The notes under the pieces: model-generated
The model's database searches: none
What the model was told of the DNA's origin: nothing
Seen by the model: the letters and a program-made list of their open reading frames with translations, nothing else
Shown: positions 9,704-19,153 of the stretch, one piece after another
How positions within the stretch are numbered: the stretch's first letter is position 1
Layout of the letters: each line of letters begins with the position of its first letter
Source of the DNA: Sedimentisphaerales bacterium
Lineage (GTDB): Bacteria > Planctomycetota > Phycisphaerae > Sedimentisphaerales > SM23-30
Assembly (NCBI GenBank): GCA_963663965.2
Contig: CAXXFK010000001.1
Coordinates: 128,001 to 192,000, forward strand
Length of the DNA stretch: 64,000 nt
Reading direction: 5' to 3'
Translations under genes and position numbers: made by a program

Positions 9704-10489
9704 ATGAATCGTGCCATGCAAATTCTCGCCCGTGCCCAATACTACCACCGCCCCGAAATCAACGACATTTTCCTCGCCACCATCAACACCACCCGCCGCC
9801 AACACCAGTACATCATCGACACCCACTCCTACCACTGCGAACTGGCCGGCCTGATCGCCTACGACCGCCGCGACTACAAACTCCGCGCCACCCGCGCCGG
9901 CCACCAGGCCCTCCAACGGCTCGTCGTCCAGTCCCGCTCTGACAATAATGTCACCGCCCGCCGCGCTACCGCCCAACTCATCCGTCAGTTCATCACCGTT
10001 TCCAACTCCTTCAAAGATTGCCTCCCCGATGGCCCGCCCACCGACCTGGAATACCAGCAGATCATCCAGCAATCCAAAGAAATCCTCTTCGACGCCGGCT
10101 ACCAGATCACCCCCGCCATCCAATGCGACCCCAACGCCACCCCCGAACCAGACAATCAACCCGAAACCCCTCCAATGCCAAACGAACCCAAAGTTGGCAA
10201 TAACGGCATTAACATAAACAATAACAAAAACTTAGAGGCGAACAACCCAACCCATAACAACCACCGCAACCCAAACGCCTATCCCATCGAACCCCAATCC
10301 GATCCATGGAACCAAACACCCCAACAATACAATCCCAACCACTCCAACTACCCCCCGGCGCCAAACGAACCCAACACCAACAATTACGACTATAACAACA
10401 ATCATAACAATGACTTAAATCCATTTATGCCGGCAGAAAATTCCCAGGACACCCCAACCAACACCTCCCTCAAATGCCGATATTACTAA
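9704..10489 (+). CDS. Hypothetical protein gene X (261 aa), helical N-terminus and N/P/Q-rich tail
   Basis: gaggtg RBS, consensus promoter, and a paralog with several synonymous differences. Confidence 0.7.
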   Translation: MNRAMQILARAQYYHRPEINDIFLATINTTRRQHQYIIDTHSYHCELAGLIAYDRRDYKLRATRAGHQALQRLVVQSRSDNNVTARRATAQLIRQFITVSNSFKDCLPDGPPTDLEYQQIIQQSKEILFDAGYQITPAIQCDPNATPEPDNQPETPPMPNEPKVGNNGININNNKNLEANNPTHNNHRNPNAYPIEPQSDPWNQTPQQYNPNHSNYPPAPNEPNTNNYDYNNNHNNDLNPFMPAENSQDTPTNTSLKCRYY

Positions 10490-10650
10490 TGTCACTCATT
10501 ACCAACAGGAATCTAAATCAACACAAACCCAATTTTACCCAAATTAACATTCGCCCTCCATACCCGGTTTTCAACCTCGCCCTTGACTTTTTGCCGCTTT
10601 GATGCAATTATTATATAGTAACTATTATTGATTAATCAACAGGCACACCA

Positions 10651-11073
10651 TTGCAGAACGAAGCCATTCAATATTTCAAAGACCTCTGCAAACGCCACAA
10701 CCTGAGCATCACCCCTCAGCGCATGGCTGTTTTCGAAGCATTCTCCCAGGCCAAAGACCACCCCACCGCCGACGAGATCTACGAAAAAGTCCGTGTCCGC
10801 TTCCCCAATATGTCACTAGATACCGTCTATCGCACCCTCTCTACCTTCGTCGAAATCGGCCTCGCCCAGATCGTCGAAGGCTACGGCGAAGTCAAACGCT
10901 ACGACCCCCATATCGCCCCCCACCACCATTTTCGCTGCTCAAAATGCAATAAACTATTCGACTTCAGCTGTGACGAATACAATAATCTGAAAATACCCGA
11001 TGAAATTCAAAACCAGTTCAATGTTTCTAAAATCAAAGTTCTCTTAGAAGGAGTATGTGAAGAGTGTAAATAA
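10651..11073 (+). CDS. Fur-family repressor, PerR-like
   Basis: TPQRMAV, HPTADEIY, TVYRTL, HHHFRCSKC, GVCEEC; directly upstream of peroxiredoxin and bacterioferritin. Confidence 0.92.
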   Translation: MQNEAIQYFKDLCKRHNLSITPQRMAVFEAFSQAKDHPTADEIYEKVRVRFPNMSLDTVYRTLSTFVEIGLAQIVEGYGEVKRYDPHIAPHHHFRCSKCNKLFDFSCDEYNNLKIPDEIQNQFNVSKIKVLLEGVCEECK

Positions 11074-11091
11074 TATTTTTTTGCCACATAA

Positions 11092-11106
11092 TAAGAATAA
11101 TTCTTA
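11092..11106. promoter_or_regulatory. Fur/Per-box-like 7-1-7 inverted repeat
   Basis: TAAGAAT-A-ATTCTTA between the regulator and peroxiredoxin; related AT-rich dyads near 10615 and 11109. Confidence 0.6.
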
Positions 11107-11201
11107 CATAATAACTATAATTATAATTTAATAAAACTTTGTTTTGACTGAATATATTGTGACAAAAATAAACACAACTTTATCAATGAAAGGATTGTAC
11201 C

Positions 11202-11885
11202 ATGGAAGAAACCGCCAATCGAATCCCGTTAATCGGCGAGCAGGTCCCCGATTTTGTCGCCGAAACCACTCAAGGCACCATCAATTTCCCCGCAGATTAC
11301 AAAGGCAAATGGGTCATTTTCTTCTCCCACCCGGCCGATTTTACCCCGGTCTGCACCACTGAATTCATGACCTTCGCCAACATGCAGCAGGATTTCAAAG
11401 CCCTGAATGCCGAACTCCTGGGCCTCTCCATCGACAGCACCTACAGCCATATCGCCTGGCTCCGTACCATCCACGAAAAAATCTGCTACAAAGGCATGAA
11501 AAATATCGAAGTCACCTTTCCCGTCATCAGCGACCTCACCATGGAAGTTTCCAAAAAATTCGGCATGCTCCAACCCGGCGCCAGTAACACCCAGGCCGTC
11601 CGCGCTGTATTCATTATTGATCCCAAAGCGAAAGTCAGGGCAATTCTCTATTACCCGCTTTCCAACGGACGCAATATGGACGAAGTCAAACGCCTTCTCA
11701 TTGCCATGCAGCATTCCGATGAACACGGCATTGCCACACCCGCCAACTGGAACCTCGGCGACGATGTCATCGTCCCCCCACCCGGCTCATGCGGTAGCGC
11801 CAAAGAACGCGTTCAGGAAGCCGGCAAGGACTATGAATGCCTCGACTGGTTCATTTGCCTGAAAAAATGCCCGCATAAACCATAA
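11202..11885 (+). CDS. Peroxiredoxin (Prx6-type with extra C-terminal Cys)
   Basis: FSHPADFTPVCTTEF, YYPLSNGRNMDE, ATPANW, ECLDWFIC. Confidence 0.95.
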   Translation: MEETANRIPLIGEQVPDFVAETTQGTINFPADYKGKWVIFFSHPADFTPVCTTEFMTFANMQQDFKALNAELLGLSIDSTYSHIAWLRTIHEKICYKGMKNIEVTFPVISDLTMEVSKKFGMLQPGASNTQAVRAVFIIDPKAKVRAILYYPLSNGRNMDEVKRLLIAMQHSDEHGIATPANWNLGDDVIVPPPGSCGSAKERVQEAGKDYECLDWFICLKKCPHKP

Positions 11886-11989
11886 ATGATAATCTGAAAA
11901 TAGCTCCCCTTGCGTCTCAAACATCGAATGCTATAATGTCTCTCAGTGTGTAACTAAGCAAAAAACTACTCGAGTTAAGGATATCCCTG

Positions 11990-12532
11990 ATGGCAAAAAG
12001 CGACAAAATCAAATCCCGTGAAAAAGTAATCGAAGTCCTCAACAAAGCCCGCGCCATGGAACTCCATGCCATTCATCAGTACATGAACCAGCATTACAAC
12101 CTGGATGATATGGATTTCGGCGAACTGGCCGCCAATGTCAAACTGATCGCGATCGATGAAATGCGTCATGCCGAAATGTTCGCCGAACGCATCAAAGAAC
12201 TCGGCGGCGAACCCGTCACCGCCATGGAAGGCAAAGTCGAAAAAGGCCAGGCCGTCGAAAAGATTTTCGTCTTTGACTCAGGCCTCGAAGATGACACCAT
12301 CGTCACTTATAACCAGTTCCTCTTGGTGGCCCGCGAAAACGGTGACAGCATCACCACCAAACTCTTCGAAACCATCATCGACGAAGAACAGGCCCATTAC
12401 AACTACTTTGACAACACCAACGGCCACATCGAAAAACTCGGCGCCGCCTATCTGGCCCGCATCGCCGGTACCCCTGCCGATAGCGGCCTCAATACCCAGG
12501 GCTTCGTCGCCCGCTCCGGCGGTAACGCCTGA
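11990..12532 (+). CDS. bfr: Bacterioferritin
   Basis: ELHAIHQY, IDEMRHAE..ERIKELGGEP, DEEQAH ferroxidase motifs. Confidence 0.88.
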   Translation: MAKSDKIKSREKVIEVLNKARAMELHAIHQYMNQHYNLDDMDFGELAANVKLIAIDEMRHAEMFAERIKELGGEPVTAMEGKVEKGQAVEKIFVFDSGLEDDTIVTYNQFLLVARENGDSITTKLFETIIDEEQAHYNYFDNTNGHIEKLGAAYLARIAGTPADSGLNTQGFVARSGGNA

Positions 12533-12583
12533 TGACACGAAACAGACCCGGCAAATATTTCTTAAGTTACGCTGGCTGATCGG

Positions 12584-13750
12584 TCAGCGTAACTTTAAGG
12601 TCATCAACGCCAGTGCCGCGCAGGCAATCCCCATTAACCACATGCGGACCACAACCTGCGGCTCTCGCCATCCCTTTAAATGAAAATGATGATGGATCGG
12701 CGAACAGAGAAACACCCGCTTACCCCCGGTATATTTGAAATAGGTGACCTGAATAATCACACTCAGCACCTCCATAAAGAATACCCCACCCAGAATCGGC
12801 AGTAAAAGTTCATGGCGCGTGACTACTGCGGTATAACCGATTAAGCCCCCCAGCGGCAAGGACCCCACATCCCCCATAAAAACCTGGGCCGGATGACAGT
12901 TAAACCACAAAAATCCCAGGCAGGCGCCCAGCATGGCCGAACACAGGATCCCCAGTTCGCTGGCTCCGGGGATATGGGGCAATCGCAAATATTGGGCCCA
13001 GCTCTTTATCCGAATCGTCTGCTCAACCGGATCCACATAAGAAGTCATCGTCTCGCTGGACAGAAAACACAACACAATAAATACCAGGCTGACGATCCCC
13101 ACACATCCCGTCGCCAGACCATCCATCCCATCCGTCAGATTCACCGCGTTACTGGACCCGGTAATAACGATCATCGTAATAAACAGAAACCCCCAATAGC
13201 TCAACTGCAAACCATGCTTATAGAAAGGGATCCAGAGCATCTGGCCATCCTGTATCTCTTTGAATTCCACCCGGTAAAGTGATGACGCGATCAATACCCC
13301 CAATCCGATTTGAAAAACCAGTTTCTCCCACGATACCAGCCCGTCCCGGGTACGATTCTTAATCCGGGCTGTCAATTTCAGCCAGTCATCAATCCCGCCC
13401 AGCGTTCCCAGCCATACCACAACGAATAATCCTTTGATCACAAACTGATTCCGCAAGTCGGCCCACAGCAAAGTCCCGACCAGAATCCCCGCTAGAATAA
13501 TCAGCCCCCCCATCGTTGGCGTATTGGCTTTATGGCGTGTCAGCTCATTTAAAGAGGCATGATTCGTCTCCGGATTATCCCCGATTTTCTTCTTGATCAG
13601 CCAGCGAATAACGCGCGGCCCCATCCACAGCGACAGGAACAAACTCGTTAATAACGCTAATACCGAACGCAATACCACCTCACGCCAGGCATAAAAATGC
13701 AACGTGTTGTACATGAACTCCTGATAATGTTCAAATAACAGATATAACAT
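12584..13750 (-). CDS. mraY: Phospho-N-acetylmuramoyl-pentapeptide transferase
   Basis: KANTPTMGG, IDDWLK, NAVNLTDGMDGL, VFMGDVGS, PIHHHF. Start moved to MLYLLF. Confidence 0.97.
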   Translation of the reverse strand: MLYLLFEHYQEFMYNTLHFYAWREVVLRSVLALLTSLFLSLWMGPRVIRWLIKKKIGDNPETNHASLNELTRHKANTPTMGGLIILAGILVGTLLWADLRNQFVIKGLFVVVWLGTLGGIDDWLKLTARIKNRTRDGLVSWEKLVFQIGLGVLIASSLYRVEFKEIQDGQMLWIPFYKHGLQLSYWGFLFITMIVITGSSNAVNLTDGMDGLATGCVGIVSLVFIVLCFLSSETMTSYVDPVEQTIRIKSWAQYLRLPHIPGASELGILCSAMLGACLGFLWFNCHPAQVFMGDVGSLPLGGLIGYTAVVTRHELLLPILGGVFFMEVLSVIIQVTYFKYTGGKRVFLCSPIHHHFHLKGWREPQVVVRMWLMGIACAALALMTLKLR

Positions 13751-13912
13751 GAGCTGGATTACAGTTGCCTGTACTGCGATCGGTTCCGAAGAACGTAACA
13801 AAAGGGTTAACATTTAGCGTGGGGCCTTGAGCGCACCGTTAGATAACGCACTAAGCGCCAGTTATATTCCATATTTCACTTGTATTAATCTTTGCGAACG
13901 GTTATCGATTCA

Positions 13913-15313
13913 TTACCGCTTTTTCCCCTGCCAGCGTAATATCGATTCCACCACTTTTTCCATCTCCATACTACGGGATCCCTTAACTAAAACAAGATCG
14001 CCATTCAATAAAAGGGGTTTGACCAGCCGGGCCAGACGCTTGCTTGTGATGGCGCGTTGTACCCGGCTCTGACCCATACCGGATTCCATGGCCACCCGGG
14101 CGGTCTCAGCTGCATTCGGGCCAACCGTTAGCAGGATATCGATATTAGATCGCCCGATTTGACGCCCCAGTTGCCTGTGGTAATCCAGGGCATCCTTGCC
14201 CATTTCACCCATATCACCCAGGACCAACACCCGCCTCCGGGCTTCGGTCCGGCCGGATAATTCGCTCAAAGCCGCATGAACACTTTCCGGATTGGCGTTA
14301 TAGGAATCGTCGATCAAAGTAAGTCCATCGAGCTGATGCGTGACCATACGTCCGGCAACCGGCCGGAAATCAGCGATCGCTTCGGCAAATTGCTGGGTAC
14401 TGATCCCGAAACGGCGAACCACCAGTAAAGCGGCCAGGGCATTTCGGACATTATGAACACCCGGTACGGGAAGGCGAACCCGGCAATGATCATTGGTCTC
14501 AAAGGAGCATCCATCTCCGTCACGGCGAATATGACTGGCAAAAATATCCGAGTTCCCATCGACTCCATAGGTAATCAAGGGAAAATTAAATGTTCGCAAC
14601 CGCTCCAGGGTGGGTGGATGATTATTACTGCAGATTAATAATCCACCCGAACGTAATCCGGCGACAATCGCGGTTTTTTCTCTACTGACCCCGTCAACGG
14701 TCAGTAATCCCTGCAAATGAGAGGCGCCAACGTGAGTAATGACCGCAATATCAGGACTTGTCATCACGGCCAGCGGTTGAATTTCACCGGGAGCATTGGT
14801 GCCCAGTTCGACAACGGCGAAATCATGGTTGGTATCGATGCCAAATAACGTCAGCGGTACCCCGATGGCATTATTATAATTGGCGGGCGAACGATACCCC
14901 TTTTTAAACTGACTGAGCACATGATAAATCATTTCCCGGGTGGTGGTCTTGCCATTGGTGCCGGTAACCGCCACAATATGAACCGAACCAATCATTTTCT
15001 TACGATAAAAACTCGCCAGACTACCCAACGCCTCAATGCTGTCCGGCACCTGAAAAACGGTGAGTCCGGAGTGGCGAACCTTCTCGGAAAGCGGAATTTT
15101 TTTATCGATAATCAATGCGGCCGCTTTCTTATCGACTGCCTGGTCAAGAAACAGGTGCCCGTCAAACCGGGGACCGCTGACAGCAACAAACAATTCACCT
15201 TCTTTGATAGTTCGGGTATCGGTTGAAACCCCTTTTATCACACCACGCCCCAGGGGAGTCAGTAATTGGGTATTCAGAGCGTATTTGACTTCTTCCAGCA
15301 ACAAGGCTTTCAT
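13913..15313 (-). CDS. murF: UDP-MurNAc-tripeptide--D-Ala-D-Ala ligase
   Basis: STDTR, VTGTNGKTTT, NNAIGVPLT, IDDSYNANP, LGDMGEMG, LVKGSR. Confidence 0.96.
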   Translation of the reverse strand: MKALLLEEVKYALNTQLLTPLGRGVIKGVSTDTRTIKEGELFVAVSGPRFDGHLFLDQAVDKKAAALIIDKKIPLSEKVRHSGLTVFQVPDSIEALGSLASFYRKKMIGSVHIVAVTGTNGKTTTREMIYHVLSQFKKGYRSPANYNNAIGVPLTLFGIDTNHDFAVVELGTNAPGEIQPLAVMTSPDIAVITHVGASHLQGLLTVDGVSREKTAIVAGLRSGGLLICSNNHPPTLERLRTFNFPLITYGVDGNSDIFASHIRRDGDGCSFETNDHCRVRLPVPGVHNVRNALAALLVVRRFGISTQQFAEAIADFRPVAGRMVTHQLDGLTLIDDSYNANPESVHAALSELSGRTEARRRVLVLGDMGEMGKDALDYHRQLGRQIGRSNIDILLTVGPNAAETARVAMESGMGQSRVQRAITSKRLARLVKPLLLNGDLVLVKGSRSMEMEKVVESILRWQGKKR

Positions 15314-16794
15314 ACTCTAATCTTTCCTTTTTCCTGCGGATGCCTGTCCAGGGCCAGCAGGTTACCAATGATTTCACGATCATCAAAATGATGAAAATCC
15401 ATACCAATTTGCTGATAGTCTTCATGGCCTTTACCCGCCACCAGCAAGACACCCTCCCGCGGGGTTACTGCCAGCGCGGCCTCGATTGCTTCACGACGAT
15501 CAGCGATCTCGATAATACGACGCCGATCCGGGGTGAATCCTTGTCGAATATCATTAAATATCTGATCAGGATCCTCACGGCGGGGATTATCATTCGTTAC
15601 GATTATTGCATTCGCCCATTTTTCTGCTACCGCAGCCATGCGAGGCCGCTTCGTCCGGTCCCGCTCGCCACCACACCCAAATACAACCGTCATATGCCTT
15701 GGTTGAAAACGAGCTAATGTCGACAGAGCGTGATCCAGAGCATCGTCAGTATGGGCATAATCAACCAGAATCGTCCGGCCTCCTTCAGGATCAGTAATTC
15801 TCTCCAACCGGCCGGGCACACCGGCAAATCCTGAAACTCCCTGGGCAATCGCGTCCAATTCACAACCCGCCGCCAGGGCCATTCCAGTCGCGGTCAGAAC
15901 ATTATAAATATTATGTGTACCGATTAATGGGCTTTGCACCGGTATGGTCTGACCAGATAACGACATCAGAAATCGACTGCCATCCAGCGTTTCTTCAATT
16001 TGGTGGGCATAAAGATCCGCATCGTCATTGAGTCCATACCAGAGAATATTCGCCTGAGTATTTTTTATCATCTCGGCGCCGGCTGGATCTTCCCGATTGA
16101 TAACCGCAGTTGCCCCGGTGTCAAGTTGATTGAATAAAATAGACTTGGCTGCCAGATAATCAGCCATGGTTCCATGATAATCCAGATGATCACCGGAAAG
16201 ATTGGTAAATGCCGCCGCATTAAAATGCATGCCCGAAGTTCGCTGCTGGTGTAAACCATGACTGGAACATTCCATCACCATCGCAGTTAATCCATTCCGA
16301 ACCATTTGGGCCATCATGCCGGCAAGACGAACAGGATCGGGTGTCGTATTGTTGGCTTTAAGCTTTTCACCCCCAAGATCGTATTCGATGGTCCCAACCA
16401 TACCGCATCCCTTTTGACTGATATTAAGGATATGCCGGATTAAATAAGCAACTGTGGTTTTTCCATTGGTGCCTGTTACGCCCATCGTAAACAGTTTTTC
16501 ATCCGGCTGGCCGGATGCCGCATGAGCCAACAATCCCAATATTCTGGCGCTGTCCCTGACCTCAATAGTGTCCGGACCAGATTTTATTAAATCTTCCCCT
16601 ACTATTAAACCGGCGCCACGTTTCCGGGCCTGATCGATATATCGGTGCCCATCGACACTGGTCCCGCGTACCGCAACAAAAATATCTCCCGGTTCTACCT
16701 GGCGGCTGTCCAGAGTCACTCGCCCGCTCAACCGGGCAGGCGCACCGGGGAAACCTATTTGTTTCAGACTGGATTGTAATTGCGGAGTGATCAT
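15310..16794 (-). CDS. murE: UDP-MurNAc-L-Ala-D-Glu--meso-DAP ligase
   Basis: GVTGTNGKTT, NTTPD, FTNLSGDHLDYH, VDYAHT, FGCGG, DNPR (meso-DAP signature), AGKGHE. Confidence 0.97.
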   Translation of the reverse strand: MITPQLQSSLKQIGFPGAPARLSGRVTLDSRQVEPGDIFVAVRGTSVDGHRYIDQARKRGAGLIVGEDLIKSGPDTIEVRDSARILGLLAHAASGQPDEKLFTMGVTGTNGKTTVAYLIRHILNISQKGCGMVGTIEYDLGGEKLKANNTTPDPVRLAGMMAQMVRNGLTAMVMECSSHGLHQQRTSGMHFNAAAFTNLSGDHLDYHGTMADYLAAKSILFNQLDTGATAVINREDPAGAEMIKNTQANILWYGLNDDADLYAHQIEETLDGSRFLMSLSGQTIPVQSPLIGTHNIYNVLTATGMALAAGCELDAIAQGVSGFAGVPGRLERITDPEGGRTILVDYAHTDDALDHALSTLARFQPRHMTVVFGCGGERDRTKRPRMAAVAEKWANAIIVTNDNPRREDPDQIFNDIRQGFTPDRRRIIEIADRREAIEAALAVTPREGVLLVAGKGHEDYQQIGMDFHHFDDREIIGNLLALDRHPQEKGKIRV

Positions 16795-16903
16795 CTTATC
16801 TCAATAACAGGTAGTCGGATCGAATAACAATTCGCTAAAACTACCAGGATTATGAATTATATACCCATAAATACGCATTGCAAGCATTTCAACCTTATTG
16901 AAA

Positions 16904-18742
16904 CTAACTCTCTGAACGGTTAACCGTATTTTCAGGCGGTACGCCCAGATAAAGTAAAATTTTGCGAATCATTTCGCGGGCCGCCGGTGAAGCCACAGCA
17001 CCCCCGGTATAACCTAATCCCAGTGAACGGTCAGGCTCCCGCACAATCACCAACACACAAATTCGGGTATTATGCTGTGGGGCTCCGGCTATGAATGAAG
17101 AGATCCATTTATCGGGCACGTAGCCACGTCCATTAGGATCAGGTACATTTGCGGTTCCGGTTTTACCAAATAACTGCCATTCTTCCAGATGAGCGCGATG
17201 CCCGGTGCCATCTTTGTTTTTTACCACATAGACCATCCCCTCATCAATGACCGCGCGCGCGGTTTTATAGGAAATAACCTGACCAGAAAAATTATCTTTA
17301 TCTGACAGCCGGATAGGAGTACCCGGCAGGGTAAAGGCATCAAAATTCTTTACTACCTGACCCTGATGAATAATCCCGTTGACGATTCGAGGTTTAACAA
17401 ATAATCCCCCATTCGCCAGACAACTGAAAGCTCGTATTAATTGAATAGGGGTAACCGCGATCGTCTGCCCAAAAGAAACACGGGTTATGGTATAACCAGG
17501 CCCGGGTAATGCTTTAAGCTGGTCTCTGATTGTCAGGATCTGACCATTCGATTTAACAACTTCACTGGGCAGGCCATTCCCCTCTCCCGGCAAGTCGATC
17601 CCGGTCTTACGCCCAAACCCAAACATCTCAATCATTCGATAAAAATAATCCGCCCCCATTTTCTGAGCAATTTTTGCCACTCCTATATTACTGGATTTGG
17701 CAATGATATCGCCCACACTGATAGTACCAAAATAGTTTTTGTATTCACGAATCCGGCCAAATCCCTTTCCGGTATAGGGACCTTCCAGGCAATCAATCCG
17801 GTCTTTAATGGATATATAACTCCCTTCTATTCCGGCAGCTACCGTAAATGGCTTGAAAGTACTGCCCGGTTCATAAGGATCGGTCAGAGCACGATTACGG
17901 CGTACTGACAAATCGCTTTTATGAGCCTGGTTCAAATCAAAAGTGGGATAATTGGCCAACGCAAGCAACTCACCCGTACTCGGATCCATAACAATAGCTG
18001 AACCGCTGGACGCGTGATAAGTCCGGACTACGGTCTCAAGCTCCTGTTCGACATACTCCTGAATGACAGAATCAATCGTCAAAACGACATTCTGGCCATC
18101 TGTTGCTGGTTCAGGATCACCCTCTGATCTTACCGGACGCCGTTTGACGTCGCTGGCCATATATAATTTCCCCGGTTTTCCGGCCAGATATTCATTATAT
18201 TGATATTCAATCCCTTCCACCCCCTGTTCACCGTTTATATCGGTATACCCGATAATATGTGCTGCCAGTGAACCTTGAGGATAAGTACGCTTATACACAT
18301 ACTCCACGACCACTCCGCGAATATCCAGCGCCTCAATTTGCTCAGCTTGCGTATCCGTAATCCACTGCTTGACACGCATATAGCGCTTTTCGGCGCGACT
18401 TTGTATGTCTGCGAGAAGCTGAGAGTAATCAATCGCCAGGATATCGGCCAGTTTCCGGGCAACCGACTCCTTGTCTTCCAGTAACAGGGGATCGACCCAG
18501 ACCGAAGGCCTTTTAACACTCACTGCCAGCATTTTCCCTTTCCGATCCAGAATACAGCCCCGACGCGGATTTTGTAAAATAATTTTAAGCTGTTGATGAG
18601 CGGCTTTCTGTTGAAAATCATCCGCCTGGCTATATTGTAAATACCAGCACCGGCCGGCTACGGCGCATAGTCCACTTCCCAGCAGGATTAGCAAAACCAA
18701 TCCCCGCAAGTGCAATACGCGTGTCCTTCGATCGTCTGTCAT
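16904..18742 (-). CDS. ftsI: Class B penicillin-binding protein (FtsI/PBP3-like)
   Basis: N-terminal TM, RGCILDR, RTYPQG; intact STFK, SSN and KTG motifs; dcw position. Confidence 0.9.
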   Translation of the reverse strand: MTDDRRTRVLHLRGLVLLILLGSGLCAVAGRCWYLQYSQADDFQQKAAHQQLKIILQNPRRGCILDRKGKMLAVSVKRPSVWVDPLLLEDKESVARKLADILAIDYSQLLADIQSRAEKRYMRVKQWITDTQAEQIEALDIRGVVVEYVYKRTYPQGSLAAHIIGYTDINGEQGVEGIEYQYNEYLAGKPGKLYMASDVKRRPVRSEGDPEPATDGQNVVLTIDSVIQEYVEQELETVVRTYHASSGSAIVMDPSTGELLALANYPTFDLNQAHKSDLSVRRNRALTDPYEPGSTFKPFTVAAGIEGSYISIKDRIDCLEGPYTGKGFGRIREYKNYFGTISVGDIIAKSSNIGVAKIAQKMGADYFYRMIEMFGFGRKTGIDLPGEGNGLPSEVVKSNGQILTIRDQLKALPGPGYTITRVSFGQTIAVTPIQLIRAFSCLANGGLFVKPRIVNGIIHQGQVVKNFDAFTLPGTPIRLSDKDNFSGQVISYKTARAVIDEGMVYVVKNKDGTGHRAHLEEWQLFGKTGTANVPDPNGRGYVPDKWISSFIAGAPQHNTRICVLVIVREPDRSLGLGYTGGAVASPAAREMIRKILLYLGVPPENTVNRSES

Positions 18743-18770
18743 AAACTAAAATCACCGGCAGGTCCGTGGT

Positions 18771-19061
18771 TCAGGGGCGATTTATACCTGCATCAGCATC
18801 ACCACTATCTTCTCCAGGAGGGTGGATATCAAGTTCCAATTCTTCCACCTGACGAACAATTTGATGTGGGGATTCGATTCGACGACTGATTTGAACCTGA
18901 TAGTGCCAGATTTCCTGTTGCAATTCTTTTTGTCGGTTGGTCATCCGGACCATTTCATAGACCGACTTCATATGTTCCGTTCGTAACTGAACGACTGCCA
19001 GGCCGAACAACATAGCCAGAGTAATCAGATATACGATCCGTTTTGCGCTAATCATATTCAA
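18771..19061 (-). CDS. FtsL-like small bitopic coiled-coil protein
   Basis: One TM plus coiled coil, directly upstream of ftsI. Call is mainly positional. Confidence 0.6.
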   Translation of the reverse strand: MNMISAKRIVYLITLAMLFGLAVVQLRTEHMKSVYEMVRMTNRQKELQQEIWHYQVQISRRIESPHQIVRQVEELELDIHPPGEDSGDADAGINRP

Positions 19062-19153
19062 TAACGATAGGATTCAAACTCAATGCTTATGATATCAAAA
19101 TGATATTGTTATCACGGGGATAAAAGATAACCCGCTTTTAAATCAATATGGAA

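Noticed and set aside
4704..9704. Gene X start codons exactly 5000 bp apart
   Set aside because: The copies differ by natural-looking substitutions and have different upstream spacers; treated as coincidence.
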